DNA of 64,000 nt, taken from positions 96,001 through 160,000 of the forward strand of contig CAVSNY010000006.1 in the NCBI GenBank assembly GCA_963729605.1. Reading direction: 5' to 3'. Numbering within the stretch: position 1 is the stretch's first letter; each line of letters opens with the position of its first letter. This stretch comes from an uncultured Gammaproteobacteria bacterium (GTDB lineage Bacteria > Pseudomonadota > Gammaproteobacteria > DRLM01). Positions 37,468 through 47,859 of this stretch are shown piece by piece. Both the position numbers and the translations under genes were made by a program. The notes beneath the pieces were generated by a model. The model did no database searches. It had not been told where the DNA came from and saw only the letters and a program-made list of their open reading frames with translations.

Positions 37468-39915
37468 TCACGCCGGCGCGCGCATCACCAGCCGCGGATC
37501 GCCCTCGCCGTGGATGGCCGCCAACTCTTCGGACGACAACCACTCTTGCACCGGCCGATCCAAACAAGACGCGGCGGCGTCAAGCGCATGGGCCCAGGTA
37601 CAGCGGTTGGCGAACAACATGCCACCCACGTCGAGGGTGCCGCCGCGATTGATATAACCCAGCGCGCGGGTCGTCGCGGGACCGCTGTCGAGCACGCGCA
37701 GCGCACCCAGCAAGGGCTCGGGGCGGGTGTGGCTCAATATCACCCGCGCCTTAGCCTTGGCGGGAAACAGCCGCTCGCGCAACTCGCCGCCCGCGGCGTA
37801 CGCGGCCTCACGCTCGTCGCGCGGCATACGGAAGCGGCCGGGTTCGTAAACATACACCACGCGATGCGCCACGCCGCGCGCGCGCAAACGATCGGCGGCG
37901 CGCACGGCCTCCTGTAATTGATAGGCGCCGACCGCGATCAATAACAATTTGCCGTCGTCGGCGCCTTCGTCGCGCAGCGTCAACGCGCCTTCGCTCACCA
38001 TTTGCTGCGCTTGCCGGCGATCGCAATACACCGGCAAATCGCGTTTGGGTACGATCAGCGACCAGATTTGGCCGCGGCTGGCGTACAAGGCGCGCAGCGT
38101 GGCGACGGCGCTGTTGCCATCGGCGGGAAACACCACCCGCGACACATCGTTCATCTCGCCGAGCAGGGCTTCGCTCAAGGTGGGGTCTTGATGAGACTGC
38201 TCGTTTTTACCGTTCTCCCAGGTATGCGAAGTGAGCACGACAGGCAACGCCAACCAGCACGGCGCGTCGCCGGCCTCGGCCTGATGGCGGGCGAAGATCA
38301 ACTCCTGGCGGATCGCGCCGAGCATCTTCACCGCGAAGGCTTCGTACGAGGCGACCAGATTGATGCCGCCCTTGTTGGCCAGCGCCGCGTTCACCACCGC
38401 TTCTTCATTGAGGGCGGTGATCACCCCGCCGTTCACCGCCTCCGCGCCGCCGGCCTCGGGCGAGGTGACGCGGTGCTTCAAATAATCCAGCGTGGCGTTG
38501 AGACGATTGCTGCGCATCTCGTCGGGATTGCCCACCCGCGGCCGCAATGCCGGATTGGCCTTTAAAAGCCGGCAAAAATAGTCATCCAAGGCGGCCATGG
38601 GCGAAACCTGTTCACCCTCTTTGCGCCAGTCCGCGTCGGGAAACACCGGCACCGCGCACGGCCGCGCGATCAGCGGATGAGCGCGCTCTTTGACGCGCCG
38701 CTGCGCGTCGTGGCGGTTGAGCGCCTGCGCCGCCTGCCGCAATTCCGGCAACGGCACCCACAACGCGCGCGCGCCGCCGTTGAATTCGCCGCGCGCCGCC
38801 GCGTCACGCGCCGGATTGCCGGCCAGCGGCAGATTGTGCGCGCGGTTGGTGCCCGCGCCGGGAAAACCGTAACCCTTGGGCGCCTCGGCGATGGCGTAGG
38901 GCAAGGGCACGGGATAGGACGCCTCGCGCGCCGCCACCGCTTTATCCAAGGATTGCAGGCGCTCCTCCATCTCGAAGACGCCCCAGGCGAAGGCGGCGGG
39001 ATCGCGGCCGTCGAGGTCGATGGGATCGAAACCGTTGAGGCGCAGATGTTCGCGGAACCAATGCACGCCGCCCTCTTGCGACATGGTGGTGCGCTGATCG
39101 ATGCGCCGGCCGTTGGCGATCATGATCGGCGCGACCAGGCCGCTGTCCTCGGCCCGCCACCAGCGCGGCGCCCAATCGCTGCCGCGCTGTTCCTCGAAGG
39201 CGCCGTCGCTGAGGAACACCACCAGGCGTTCGCCGGGCAGAGGCATGTGCACGTACTGTAATTCGGCGAAACCGAGATAACCGCCCTCCAACATACCGCC
39301 GGCGGTGTTGGGATTGACATGGCTGCCCAGGGGCGACGCGGGCCGCCCATCGGCGCGCACCGCGTAGGAATAGAAATCCCGCACCAAGCGCGTGAGTCCC
39401 TCATCGCTCAACTCATAACGCGCGGCGTGGACGGCGCTCATGTTGTCCACCAAGAGATTCAGCGCATCGATGGCGGCCACGCAGTGGCCTTGGCCCATCA
39501 TCCAGGCGCGGGTGATGCCGGTGAGCGCGTTGACGGCGAGATAACCGGCGTAGGCCGGCACCATATTCAACGCACCGCCGGTGTGCCCTTCCGGTTCGGG
39601 TTTGAAATCCTCTTCGGCGAGATCGCGACCGTCGAGATAGACGTTGCGGGCATAGCTCATGTGCACGGTGAGCCACATCGCGGCGCTGGCCAGGCGGTCG
39701 GCGGCGGCGAGACAGCGGTAGACTTCGGCCTTCTCGCGCACCGCGCCGCGCTGTTGCAGCAGGTCGGCCATGTCATAAATCCGCACCTGGGTGGCGTCTT
39801 CATGGCGTATCACGCCGTAACCCGCGGCCCATTCCGCGAAGGCGGCGTCTTGCCCGCGGTGAATTTCCGCGAGTTCCTTGATCCGATGTCGATGTGATTC
39901 CATCCGCGTCGTCAT
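37468..39915 (-). CDS. Phosphoketolase (XFP family)
   Basis: EGHTGG, GQGHC, EGGYLG, SDGAFEE...NG, SYEAF and NEQSHQDP motifs; RBS ggagg; followed by ackA. Confidence 0.88.
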   Translation of the reverse strand: MTTRMESHRHRIKELAEIHRGQDAAFAEWAAGYGVIRHEDATQVRIYDMADLLQQRGAVREKAEVYRCLAAADRLASAAMWLTVHMSYARNVYLDGRDLAEEDFKPEPEGHTGGALNMVPAYAGYLAVNALTGITRAWMMGQGHCVAAIDALNLLVDNMSAVHAARYELSDEGLTRLVRDFYSYAVRADGRPASPLGSHVNPNTAGGMLEGGYLGFAELQYVHMPLPGERLVVFLSDGAFEEQRGSDWAPRWWRAEDSGLVAPIMIANGRRIDQRTTMSQEGGVHWFREHLRLNGFDPIDLDGRDPAAFAWGVFEMEERLQSLDKAVAAREASYPVPLPYAIAEAPKGYGFPGAGTNRAHNLPLAGNPARDAAARGEFNGGARALWVPLPELRQAAQALNRHDAQRRVKERAHPLIARPCAVPVFPDADWRKEGEQVSPMAALDDYFCRLLKANPALRPRVGNPDEMRSNRLNATLDYLKHRVTSPEAGGAEAVNGGVITALNEEAVVNAALANKGGINLVASYEAFAVKMLGAIRQELIFARHQAEAGDAPCWLALPVVLTSHTWENGKNEQSHQDPTLSEALLGEMNDVSRVVFPADGNSAVATLRALYASRGQIWSLIVPKRDLPVYCDRRQAQQMVSEGALTLRDEGADDGKLLLIAVGAYQLQEAVRAADRLRARGVAHRVVYVYEPGRFRMPRDEREAAYAAGGELRERLFPAKAKARVILSHTRPEPLLGALRVLDSGPATTRALGYINRGGTLDVGGMLFANRCTWAHALDAAASCLDRPVQEWLSSEELAAIHGEGDPRLVMRAPA

Positions 39916-40219
39916 GAGACCTCCTTCACCGACCGAGTGCATCGGTAACATTCCGCACCAAAACCCGGGCTCTTACCCTAATCCCGGCGCCGCTTGAATA
40001 CAAGAGAAAATCCCCGCTCCACTCGGCGTTCTCTCAGCGCACTAATTTAACTTTAATGTCGATGTGCTGGCACGTCTCCTGCCGGCACCTGACACGCACT
40101 TGCCGTTGCCATGAGTTGGACCCCCTGGCGCGGCGGCATGGGAGAATTTGCGCCTCGAAACGGACAGACTCGCGGCGTCCGCCAATTCGATAGCGGTGGA
40201 ACCGAAAAAACACTTCACC

Positions 40220-40633
40220 ATGAATAAAAATTTCCTCGGTCTTTTGACATTAGCCGGCCTCCTGTCACCATGCAAGGTATTCGCCGCCGCGAGCGGCGGC
40301 GCGGCCATCGACCTTACCCATAACGTCTTCGGCATCGCCGCGCTGGTGGCCTTCATCACGGCCTACGCCCTGGTCATCGCCGAAGAATTTTTGAAACTGC
40401 GCAAATCCAAACCGGTGGTCGTGGCGGCCGGCGTGATCTGGGCGCTGGTCGGCATCGCCTATCTCCTGCACGGCGGTGATACCCGCTATGCCGCCGATCA
40501 GCTGCGCCACAATCTGGAATACGGCGAGCTGCTGCTGTTCCTGCTGGTGGCGATGACCTTCATCAATACCCTGCAAGAACGCGACCTCTTCAACGCCTTG
40601 CGCGGCTGGTTAATCTCCGCGGGCTTCGCATAA
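40220..40633 (+). pseudogene. nhaD: Truncated NhaD Na+/H+ antiporter
   Basis: EEFLKLRKSKPVVVAAGVIW and FLLVAMTFINTLQER; stops after 137 aa with no continuation before the convergent gene. Confidence 0.75.
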
Positions 40634-40685
40634 AAAATCATGCAATGCCTGCGCACCCGCGTTTGATGAGCAGGAAATACCGGGC

Positions 40686-41660
40686 TTAAATACCGTTGCG
40701 CAGCATCAGCTCCGCCGGGTGAGGGTTGAGATAAACCTGTTTGGCGATGTACTCATCGGGAAACCGCCGGAAATAATGTCGCAGCAAGGTGATAGGCACG
40801 ATCAAGGGCACATGGCCCAACCGATAGGACTCGATCACCTCCAGCAGTTCCGCTTTATCGCCCTTCTCCAAGCGCGTCTTCAAATAACCCATGACATGCA
40901 TCAAGACGTTGGTATGGCGCTTACGGGTGGCGGACCGCTGCAAGGCGGCCATGAATGCGGCGCCATACCGCTCGCATAAAACCGCCGGCCGATGCGACTT
41001 GGCGTCCGCCACCAGATGCCCCAGCGCCCGATAATATTCGGTGCCGTGCGACATCAAACTCAATTTGTGCGCGGTGTGGAATTCCACCAGTTTGCCGACG
41101 CTGAAGCCGGACGCCAACAGGCTTTGCCAGCGCCGGTAGGCGAAGACCCGCGCGATGAAATTCTCGCGCAACACCGGATCGCCCAACCGGCCTTCCTCTT
41201 CGGCGGGCAACAGCGGCCGGCGCTGGACGATCTCCCGCGCATAGACGCCCGTCCCCCGCATACTGGGCGCGCCGCCGCCGTAGACCTTGACCCGCCGCAG
41301 ACCGCAGCTCGGCGACTTGCCTTTGAAGATATAACCGCTGATCCCGTCCAACTCCAGCGCCATGCGCCGGCCGTAGGCGGTCAAAGCCGCCGTCACATCC
41401 AAGGCCGGGTCTTGCACGCCGACCGCGCGCGGTGATTGCGGGTCGCCGGTCAAACGGATCGGCGGACGCGGCACGCCCATGCCGATCGCCACCTCGGGAC
41501 AGACCGCGATAAAGTCGAACACCCGGCCCAGGGTCTCGCGGATGAAGTTATCCTGTTTGTGATTGCCGTCGTAGCGGACCCGCTCCCCCAACAGGCAACT
41601 GCTGATGCCGATACGGATTCTATCGGGCGGGGACGACGCGGCGGACGTATCGTGAATCAT
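40686..41660 (-). CDS. DUF523 + DUF1722 protein (YbbK/YbgA, 2-thiouracil desulfurase family)
   Basis: GISSCLLGERVRYDG, VCPEV, KSPSCG, EEEGRL and NVLMHVMGY motifs. Confidence 0.9.
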   Translation of the reverse strand: MIHDTSAASSPPDRIRIGISSCLLGERVRYDGNHKQDNFIRETLGRVFDFIAVCPEVAIGMGVPRPPIRLTGDPQSPRAVGVQDPALDVTAALTAYGRRMALELDGISGYIFKGKSPSCGLRRVKVYGGGAPSMRGTGVYAREIVQRRPLLPAEEEGRLGDPVLRENFIARVFAYRRWQSLLASGFSVGKLVEFHTAHKLSLMSHGTEYYRALGHLVADAKSHRPAVLCERYGAAFMAALQRSATRKRHTNVLMHVMGYLKTRLEKGDKAELLEVIESYRLGHVPLIVPITLLRHYFRRFPDEYIAKQVYLNPHPAELMLRNGI

Positions 41661-41815
41661 GATGAACTCGACACCAATATTATGACCCCATGGACGAGAA
41701 GACCGCCGCGAGCGAGCCAGCCGCCGCATCCTTCCCCCAGCCGTTTCAACGGCGGCGGCTCGCCCCGCGCCGTGGCATTATGACATCCGCCGCTCCCCGA
41801 CCAAAGGCAACCGCC

Positions 41816-42469
41816 ATGCCCCGCCTCCCCCGTTTCTTTTACTTCATCGCCGCCGCCTTGATTGCGCTGCGCATCGGCCCCGCCGCCGCGGATCAACCTA
41901 TCGAACTTTTCGACGGCGCGAATCTGCAAGACTGGCAACCCAAGGAATTCAAAGGCCGGACTCAATACAGCCTGGTCACCGCCGACGGCCGCCCCGCCCT
42001 GCTCGCCCGCAGCCGGGCCAGCGCCTCCGGCCTGTTCCGCGAGATCGACATCGATTTGACCAAAACACCCTATCTGCATTGGAGCTGGCGGATCGACAAT
42101 ACCCTCGGCGATCATGACGAGACCACCAAGGGCGGCGACGATTACCCGGCCCGGGTTTACGTGGTGGTGTCGGGTGGGGTATTTTTCTGGCGTACCCGGG
42201 CGGTGAATTACGTGTGGTCCAGCAATCGGCCGGTCGGCAGCACCTGGCCCAACGCCTACACCGGCAACGCCAAAATGATCGCCGTGCGCAGCGGCGACGG
42301 CGAACTCGGCCGCTGGCGGGAGGAACGCCGCAACGTCCGCGAGGATCTGCGCCGGCTGTTCGGCGCCGACATTACCCGCATCCAGGCCGTGGCGGTGATG
42401 ACCGATAGCGACGATACCGGCGGCACGGCCACCGCCTATTACGGCAAGCTGTATTTTTCCGCGGAATGA
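41816..42469 (+). CDS. DUF3047 exported protein
   Basis: ASGL, TPYLHWSW, GDDYPARVYV, NYVWSS and AVMTDSDDT motifs. Confidence 0.85.
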   Translation: MPRLPRFFYFIAAALIALRIGPAAADQPIELFDGANLQDWQPKEFKGRTQYSLVTADGRPALLARSRASASGLFREIDIDLTKTPYLHWSWRIDNTLGDHDETTKGGDDYPARVYVVVSGGVFFWRTRAVNYVWSSNRPVGSTWPNAYTGNAKMIAVRSGDGELGRWREERRNVREDLRRLFGADITRIQAVAVMTDSDDTGGTATAYYGKLYFSAE

Positions 42470-42593
42470 GCCGCGGCATCCGGCCGGTTAAAGGCCGCTC
42501 CGGGAGAAGCCGACAAACAGCAGGCGGCGGGACTCATCAGCCGCCTTTGCTTAGACTACACTTGGAAAAAAGGTCCCGGCCAGAGGAGAGCCT

Positions 42594-42872
42594 ATGAAAA
42601 CCACATATAAGTTCATGGTTATCACCGCGCTTTTCACCGCCTTGGCGGCCCCGCCGACGATGTCCGAAACCGCGACCCAACGCGATACCCGCGCCATCAA
42701 TCTCACCAATTCACCCGAACACGATGAGCCGGCCATACCTGAAAACGTCAACGAGTTTAGCTGCAACAGCGACCTGGCTTATCACTTCGACAAAGAATGC
42801 GCCGCCTTCGACGAGGCGCAAAGCGACGCCGGCAAGGCGCTGTGTTGCCACAGCGTAAGCGTCACCGGCTGA
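42594..42872 (+). CDS. Small hypothetical exported protein
   Basis: RBS aggag; signal-peptide-like N-terminus; family not recognised. Confidence 0.5.
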   Translation: MKTTYKFMVITALFTALAAPPTMSETATQRDTRAINLTNSPEHDEPAIPENVNEFSCNSDLAYHFDKECAAFDEAQSDAGKALCCHSVSVTG

Positions 42873-42914
42873 GCCGCACGGGAAGAGGGCAACCCGCTTT
42901 CAAGCGGCGCACCG

Positions 42915-45767
42915 TCAGCGGAGCGGGGACTGCGCAACACTCAACACTTGATGGCCGCGCGCCAAAAAGCGGTTGATCTCCACCAGCGGCAAGGCCTTGC
43001 TGATGAGGAAGCCTTGAATGGCGCCGCAACCCAGCTCACGCAGCAGATTCAATTGCTGCGTCGTCTCGACGCCTTCCGCCACCACATCCACTTGCAGGCT
43101 GCCGGCCATGGCGATGATCGCCGTGACGATCGCCGCGTCGTCTTGATCGGTGATCAAATCGCGGATAAAGGCCCGGTCGATCTTGAGGGTCTTGATGGGA
43201 AAACGTTTCAGATAACTCAGCGACGAATAACCGGTGCCGAAGTCGTCGATCGCCAAACGCACGCCGATCCGATCGAGCGCGATCAGATTATCGGTCGAAA
43301 TCTTGTCGCCTTGCATCAAAATACTTTCGGTAATCTCCATTTCCAACATCTCGGGTTTGAGCCCGGTGGTTTCCAGAATCTTCAGCACTTGGTTACTCAA
43401 GCGCGGATCGCGGAACTGGCGGCCCGATAGGTTGACGGATATCCGCAACGGTTGATGCTGCTGCCAAGTCACCGCCCATTCGCAAGCCTGTTTCAACACC
43501 CACTCCCCCACCGGGATGATCAAACCGGTCTCCTCCAGCAGCGGAATGAATTCCAAGGGGTTCACCAGACCGAGATCCGGATGCTGCCAGCGGATCAGCG
43601 CCTCCGCCCCCATCACCAGGCCCGACGCCAAGTCGATCTGCGGCTGAAAATAGACGCGGAACTCCTCGCGTTCCAAGGCGCGGCGCAAACTGGTTTCCAG
43701 GGTCAGGCGTTCGAAGGCCTTCGAGCTCATGTCGGCGGAGTAGTACTGATAATTGGCGCCGCCGTGATCCTTGGCCCGATACATCGCCACATCGGCGTTC
43801 TTCAATAGAACATGGGCATCGTCGCCGTCTTCGGGATAGACGCTGATCCCGATACTGGGGACGATATACAAGTCATGTCCGCCGATCTGAAAAGGCTGGC
43901 CGAAGGCGGCCAATATCTTGCGCGCCAGCGCCGCCACGCCGTCGAGCGAGGGAATCTCTTCGAGCAGGATGCCGAATTCGTCGCCGCCCAGACGCGCCAC
44001 GGTATCGCCCGCCCCGACCGTTGACGGCAACAGAACGGCGATTTTCTGCAGCAAGTTATCTCCAACTTGATGACCCAGGGTATCGTTGATCACTTTAAAG
44101 CGGTCGAGATCCAGATACATGATGGCCAACCGGTGTTCCTGTCCGCGCCGTCCCTTCAAGGCATGACTGACGCGCTCGATAAACAGCAAACGGTTGGGCA
44201 GATTGGTGAGCAAATCGTTGTAGGCGAGATAATGCAGACGTTCCTGAGTCTGCATGCGGTCGGTGATATCCTTGCCGGTGGCGATGTAATGAGTGATGTT
44301 ATTGGCTCGATCCTTCAAAGGCGAGATGGTTTTTTCCTCGTAATAGATCACACCGTTCTTGCGGCGATTGACCAATACGTCTTGAAATACCCCGCCGCGA
44401 CTGATAGTGCCCCACAACTGGCCGTAAAATCCGGCATCATGTTGCCCGGATTTCATCAGGCTGGGTTTTTTACCGATCGCTTCGCCGCGGGTGTAGCCGG
44501 TCATCACCTCGAAGGCGGGATTCACATACTCGATAATGCCGTTGCGGTCGGTGATCATCACCGCGTCGGCGGCCTGCTCGATGGCGCGCGACAACTTCAC
44601 CGACTGCGCCTCCAACTGGGTGCGCTCCACTATTTCCTGCTCGAGATTTTGATTGGTCAGCGCCAGGCTGCGGGCCAAGGACTCCGCCCGGTGCGATTGC
44701 CGCGACAAGGCGAATAGATAAGCGCCGAGTAAAATTGAAATCAACAAACCGGTCCCCGACACCACCCACGAGCGCCAAATGGGATGACCGGCCCAGAATT
44801 TCGGCGCCGGCGTCATCACCAATTCCCAGGGCTGGTCCGTTATCCCCAGCGACGTCCGCCACATCAACCGCGTGTCTTCATCGGAAAACTCGGCCGGGGA
44901 CGAGGACGCCTCGTCGCGGGAGCGGGACGAATGAAAATAAATACGCTGCCGATCGCCCGGCGTCTTTTCATAATAGACCGCCACATCCAAACCCAGCACC
45001 GCGCTACTCTTGAGCGACTCGTCGATGAAATCATCGACTCGAAACAACTGCAACACAAAACCTTGCAGGGCGGCGCGGCGCTCGAGCAAGGTATTCAAAG
45101 GCACGCCTTTTTGATAAATCGCCCGCGCCAGTAAAATGCCGTATTTCAAGTCTTGTTCGGCGGCCACGGGTATAGGTTGAGACGCCGTCACCTCCCCGGT
45201 GTCGCGCGCCACCTCCAACACCGCGCGATAAGCGGGGTCCATCATCAAATCAAACCCCAGTAAATCGGCGTTGGGCGTTAAGGGTTCCAGATAAACCACC
45301 GGAAAATATTCGGCTCGCTGCCCCACGCTGGTACGGCCCAATTCGCGAAAATGGAAGTCTCGCAAACCTTCCTCCACCGCCTGCCGCTCCACGGCCTGAC
45401 GCTCAGCCGCCGCGACGCGCGGTACCCACATAAACGCTTGTGTATCGTTATGCTGACTCAACAGGCCCTTGGTGAAGAGATGAAATTCCTGGCGATCGAC
45501 TTCCCGCGAGGCGGCATAAAAACCGGTCACGGCGATCGACGAATCCATATGGCGGATCAATTCGCGATGCACGGCGGCGGCATGGGTGGCGGAAAGAAAT
45601 TCGAAATCGGCGCGGATGATCGCCTTCTCCCAATCCCGCACCAGAAAATAAGCGGCGATGGACAACACGACGCCCACGGTCACGATCAGCCACGGGAGAT
45701 AGGCGCGGTGGCGGCGATCGTCGCGGCCAGCGCTCCCATGTAACTTATCCTGCTCCCTTACAGCCAT
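42915..45767 (-). CDS. CHASE-PAS-GGDEF-EAL c-di-GMP signalling protein
   Basis: TM-CHASE(GFDL)-TM; PAS (IEYVNPAF); RLGGDEF; EALIRW and DDFGTGYSSL. Confidence 0.93.
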   Translation of the reverse strand: MAVREQDKLHGSAGRDDRRHRAYLPWLIVTVGVVLSIAAYFLVRDWEKAIIRADFEFLSATHAAAVHRELIRHMDSSIAVTGFYAASREVDRQEFHLFTKGLLSQHNDTQAFMWVPRVAAAERQAVERQAVEEGLRDFHFRELGRTSVGQRAEYFPVVYLEPLTPNADLLGFDLMMDPAYRAVLEVARDTGEVTASQPIPVAAEQDLKYGILLARAIYQKGVPLNTLLERRAALQGFVLQLFRVDDFIDESLKSSAVLGLDVAVYYEKTPGDRQRIYFHSSRSRDEASSSPAEFSDEDTRLMWRTSLGITDQPWELVMTPAPKFWAGHPIWRSWVVSGTGLLISILLGAYLFALSRQSHRAESLARSLALTNQNLEQEIVERTQLEAQSVKLSRAIEQAADAVMITDRNGIIEYVNPAFEVMTGYTRGEAIGKKPSLMKSGQHDAGFYGQLWGTISRGGVFQDVLVNRRKNGVIYYEEKTISPLKDRANNITHYIATGKDITDRMQTQERLHYLAYNDLLTNLPNRLLFIERVSHALKGRRGQEHRLAIMYLDLDRFKVINDTLGHQVGDNLLQKIAVLLPSTVGAGDTVARLGGDEFGILLEEIPSLDGVAALARKILAAFGQPFQIGGHDLYIVPSIGISVYPEDGDDAHVLLKNADVAMYRAKDHGGANYQYYSADMSSKAFERLTLETSLRRALEREEFRVYFQPQIDLASGLVMGAEALIRWQHPDLGLVNPLEFIPLLEETGLIIPVGEWVLKQACEWAVTWQQHQPLRISVNLSGRQFRDPRLSNQVLKILETTGLKPEMLEMEITESILMQGDKISTDNLIALDRIGVRLAIDDFGTGYSSLSYLKRFPIKTLKIDRAFIRDLITDQDDAAIVTAIIAMAGSLQVDVVAEGVETTQQLNLLRELGCGAIQGFLISKALPLVEINRFLARGHQVLSVAQSPLR

Positions 45768-46102
45768 GCTTGCCCTCTCCCAACAGGCATGTGCGTCGTA
45801 CATCCTAAGCATTCTAGGCGTCGGCGCGGGTTTTTCACAATTTTTTACAATAACAACAATAAGAATGAAGTTTTGCTTGCATCATTGTTATGCCAAGAAA
45901 ATATCGACCATAAGTCTCGGCTACTTTACTAAACCATAAGGGAGAGGATTAAACGCGGAGGGATAGCGCCGAACCGCGGGGCGACGCGCGGCCCATATCG
46001 GCATCGGTGGGACATCACCGGACAACCCACAAGCGGCCGGGCGGGGGCGGCATGAATGGTGAATCAGGAGGATTTAAGCGGCACGGTAAAAGAAGGGAAA
46101 TA

Positions 46103-46175
46103 TGGGCCGTGTAAGATTCGAACTTACGACCAACGGATTAAAAGTCCGCTGCTCTACCGGCTGAGCTAACGGCCC
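46103..46175 (-). tRNA. tRNA-Lys(TTT), CCA not encoded
   Basis: GGGCCGTTAGCTCAGCCGGTAGAGCAGCGGACTTTTAATCCGTTGGTCGTAAGTTCGAATCTTACACGGCCCA. Confidence 0.93.
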
Positions 46176-46299
46176 GCAACAAAGGGCGGCATTGTACCCA
46201 CATTAGCGGCTTCGATTCAACGCCTAATCAAAGCCGGTGTTTTTTAACCCGGGGATCAAGGCGCATCCTGCCCCAAACTCGCGAAAGAGGAATGCCGCT

Positions 46300-46455
46300 T
46301 AGAACCCGTCCATGGGCTTGATCCAGGGATGCAGTACAAGGCCGCTCATCATAAAGGCGACCGGAAAGCGCGGCATACATGCGATGCGGTGCGTGAACGC
46401 TTTAGGGCGATTTCAACGCCGCGATGCGCCTTCAGCGAGACCATGACGATTTCTA
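46300..46455. repeat. Degenerate MITE-like element between queC and tRNA-Lys
   Basis: Imperfect terminal inverted repeats: TAGAACCCGTCCATGGGCTTG against revcomp TAGAAATCGTCATGGTCTCG. Confidence 0.4.
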
Positions 46456-46502
46456 TGACCGGCCGTGAATTAATCCCGCCTGGTTGCCAGTCTGGGTTTT
46501 AT

Positions 46503-47210
46503 CTAGCCGCCGGGCCCGTAATCCGTGGGATCGGCCACCCCCGCCGCGCGGAAACCCGCCTGGCGCAGCCGGCAGGCGTCGCAGCGGCCGCAGGCCCGGC
46601 CTTCCGCGTCAGCTTGGTAACAAGAAACGGTCAAACCGTAATCCACCCCCAGCCGCACCCCCTCGGCGATGATCTCGGCCTTGCTCATCTGAATGAGGGG
46701 GGCGCGCACCGAGCAAGCGGCCCCCTCCGCTCCCGCCTTGGTGGCGAGCTGGGCCAGTCGTTCGAAGGCCGCGATGAAGGCCGGCCGGCAATCGGGATAG
46801 CCCGAATAGTCCACCGCGTTGACGCCGATGAAGATGTCCCGCGCGCCCAGCACCTCGGCCCAGGCCAGGGCCAGAGACAGAAACACCGTATTGCGGGCCG
46901 GTACGTACGTGACGGGGATGCCCTCGCTCGAGGTGTCCGGCACCGCGATGCGAGTATCGGTGAGCGCCGAGCCGCCGATGCCGGCCATATCCAACACCAT
47001 CGTGCGCTGCTCGACGGCGCCCAAGGCGCGGGCGACCCGCGCCGCCGCGATCAATTCGGCGCGATGCCGCTGGCCGTAATCGAAACTCAAGGCGTAACAG
47101 GCGTAACCCGCCGCGCGGGCCATGGCCAGAACGGTGGCGGAGTCCAGCCCGCCCGACACCAACACCACCGCCTTGGGCGCGGCGGCGGCTTGGTCAGCGG
47201 GCGCGTTCAT
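46503..47210 (-). CDS. queC: 7-cyano-7-deazaguanine synthase
   Basis: [26 protein letters not shown] and CGRCDAC motifs. Confidence 0.96.
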   Translation of the reverse strand: MNAPADQAAAAPKAVVLVSGGLDSATVLAMARAAGYACYALSFDYGQRHRAELIAAARVARALGAVEQRTMVLDMAGIGGSALTDTRIAVPDTSSEGIPVTYVPARNTVFLSLALAWAEVLGARDIFIGVNAVDYSGYPDCRPAFIAAFERLAQLATKAGAEGAACSVRAPLIQMSKAEIIAEGVRLGVDYGLTVSCYQADAEGRACGRCDACRLRQAGFRAAGVADPTDYGPGG

Positions 47211-47838
47211 CGCCCCACAGGTATTTATGCAATTGCAATTGAAACCGCACCGGCAGGCGATCGGCCACGATCCAGTCCGCCAACTCGCGGGCCGGCACCT
47301 GCTGATGGCTGGGTGAAAATAAAACTTCGCAACGGGCGGCCAAGCCGTGCTCGCTCATGCATTGCTTGGCCCAGTCATAATCGGCGCGGTCGCAGATCAC
47401 GAATTTGACTTGATCCCGGGCGGTGAGCAGCGGCAGATTCTCGAAACGATTCTTGGTGACCTCCCCCGAGGCGGGCGTCTTGATATCGACCACCTTCACC
47501 ACCCGGGCATCCACCTCGTCCACGGGCAAGGCGCCGCTGGTCTCCAGCGAGACCTCATGGCCGGCGTCGCACAAAGCGGTGAGCAGCGGCAGACAGGCCT
47601 TTTGGGCCAGGGGCTCGCCGCCGGTGACGCACACATAATGCGTTTGAAACGCGGCGACCCGCTCCAGCACCGCCGCGAGAGATTGGTATTCACCGCCGTG
47701 AAAGGCATAGGCGGTATCGCAATACTGGCAACGCAGCGGACAGCCGGTCAGCCGCACGAACACCGTGGGCAGGCCCACGGTGCGGCTCTCCCCTTGCAGT
47801 GAGAGAAAAATCTCGGTGATGCGCAGACGTTGTTCCAC
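47194..47838 (-). CDS. queE: 7-carboxy-7-deazaguanine synthase (radical SAM)
   Basis: [23 protein letters not shown] and QLQLHK motifs. Confidence 0.95.
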   Translation of the reverse strand: MEQRLRITEIFLSLQGESRTVGLPTVFVRLTGCPLRCQYCDTAYAFHGGEYQSLAAVLERVAAFQTHYVCVTGGEPLAQKACLPLLTALCDAGHEVSLETSGALPVDEVDARVVKVVDIKTPASGEVTKNRFENLPLLTARDQVKFVICDRADYDWAKQCMSEHGLAARCEVLFSPSHQQVPARELADWIVADRLPVRFQLQLHKYLWGDERAR

Positions 47839-47859
47839 GGAAATACGAAGCGGGGCGGC

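Noticed and set aside
46503-47838. queC/queE as a 7-deazaguanine DNA-modification or defence system; preQ1 riboswitch
   Set aside because: Canonical housekeeping position after cpoB, no dpd genes, and only about 20 nt upstream of queE
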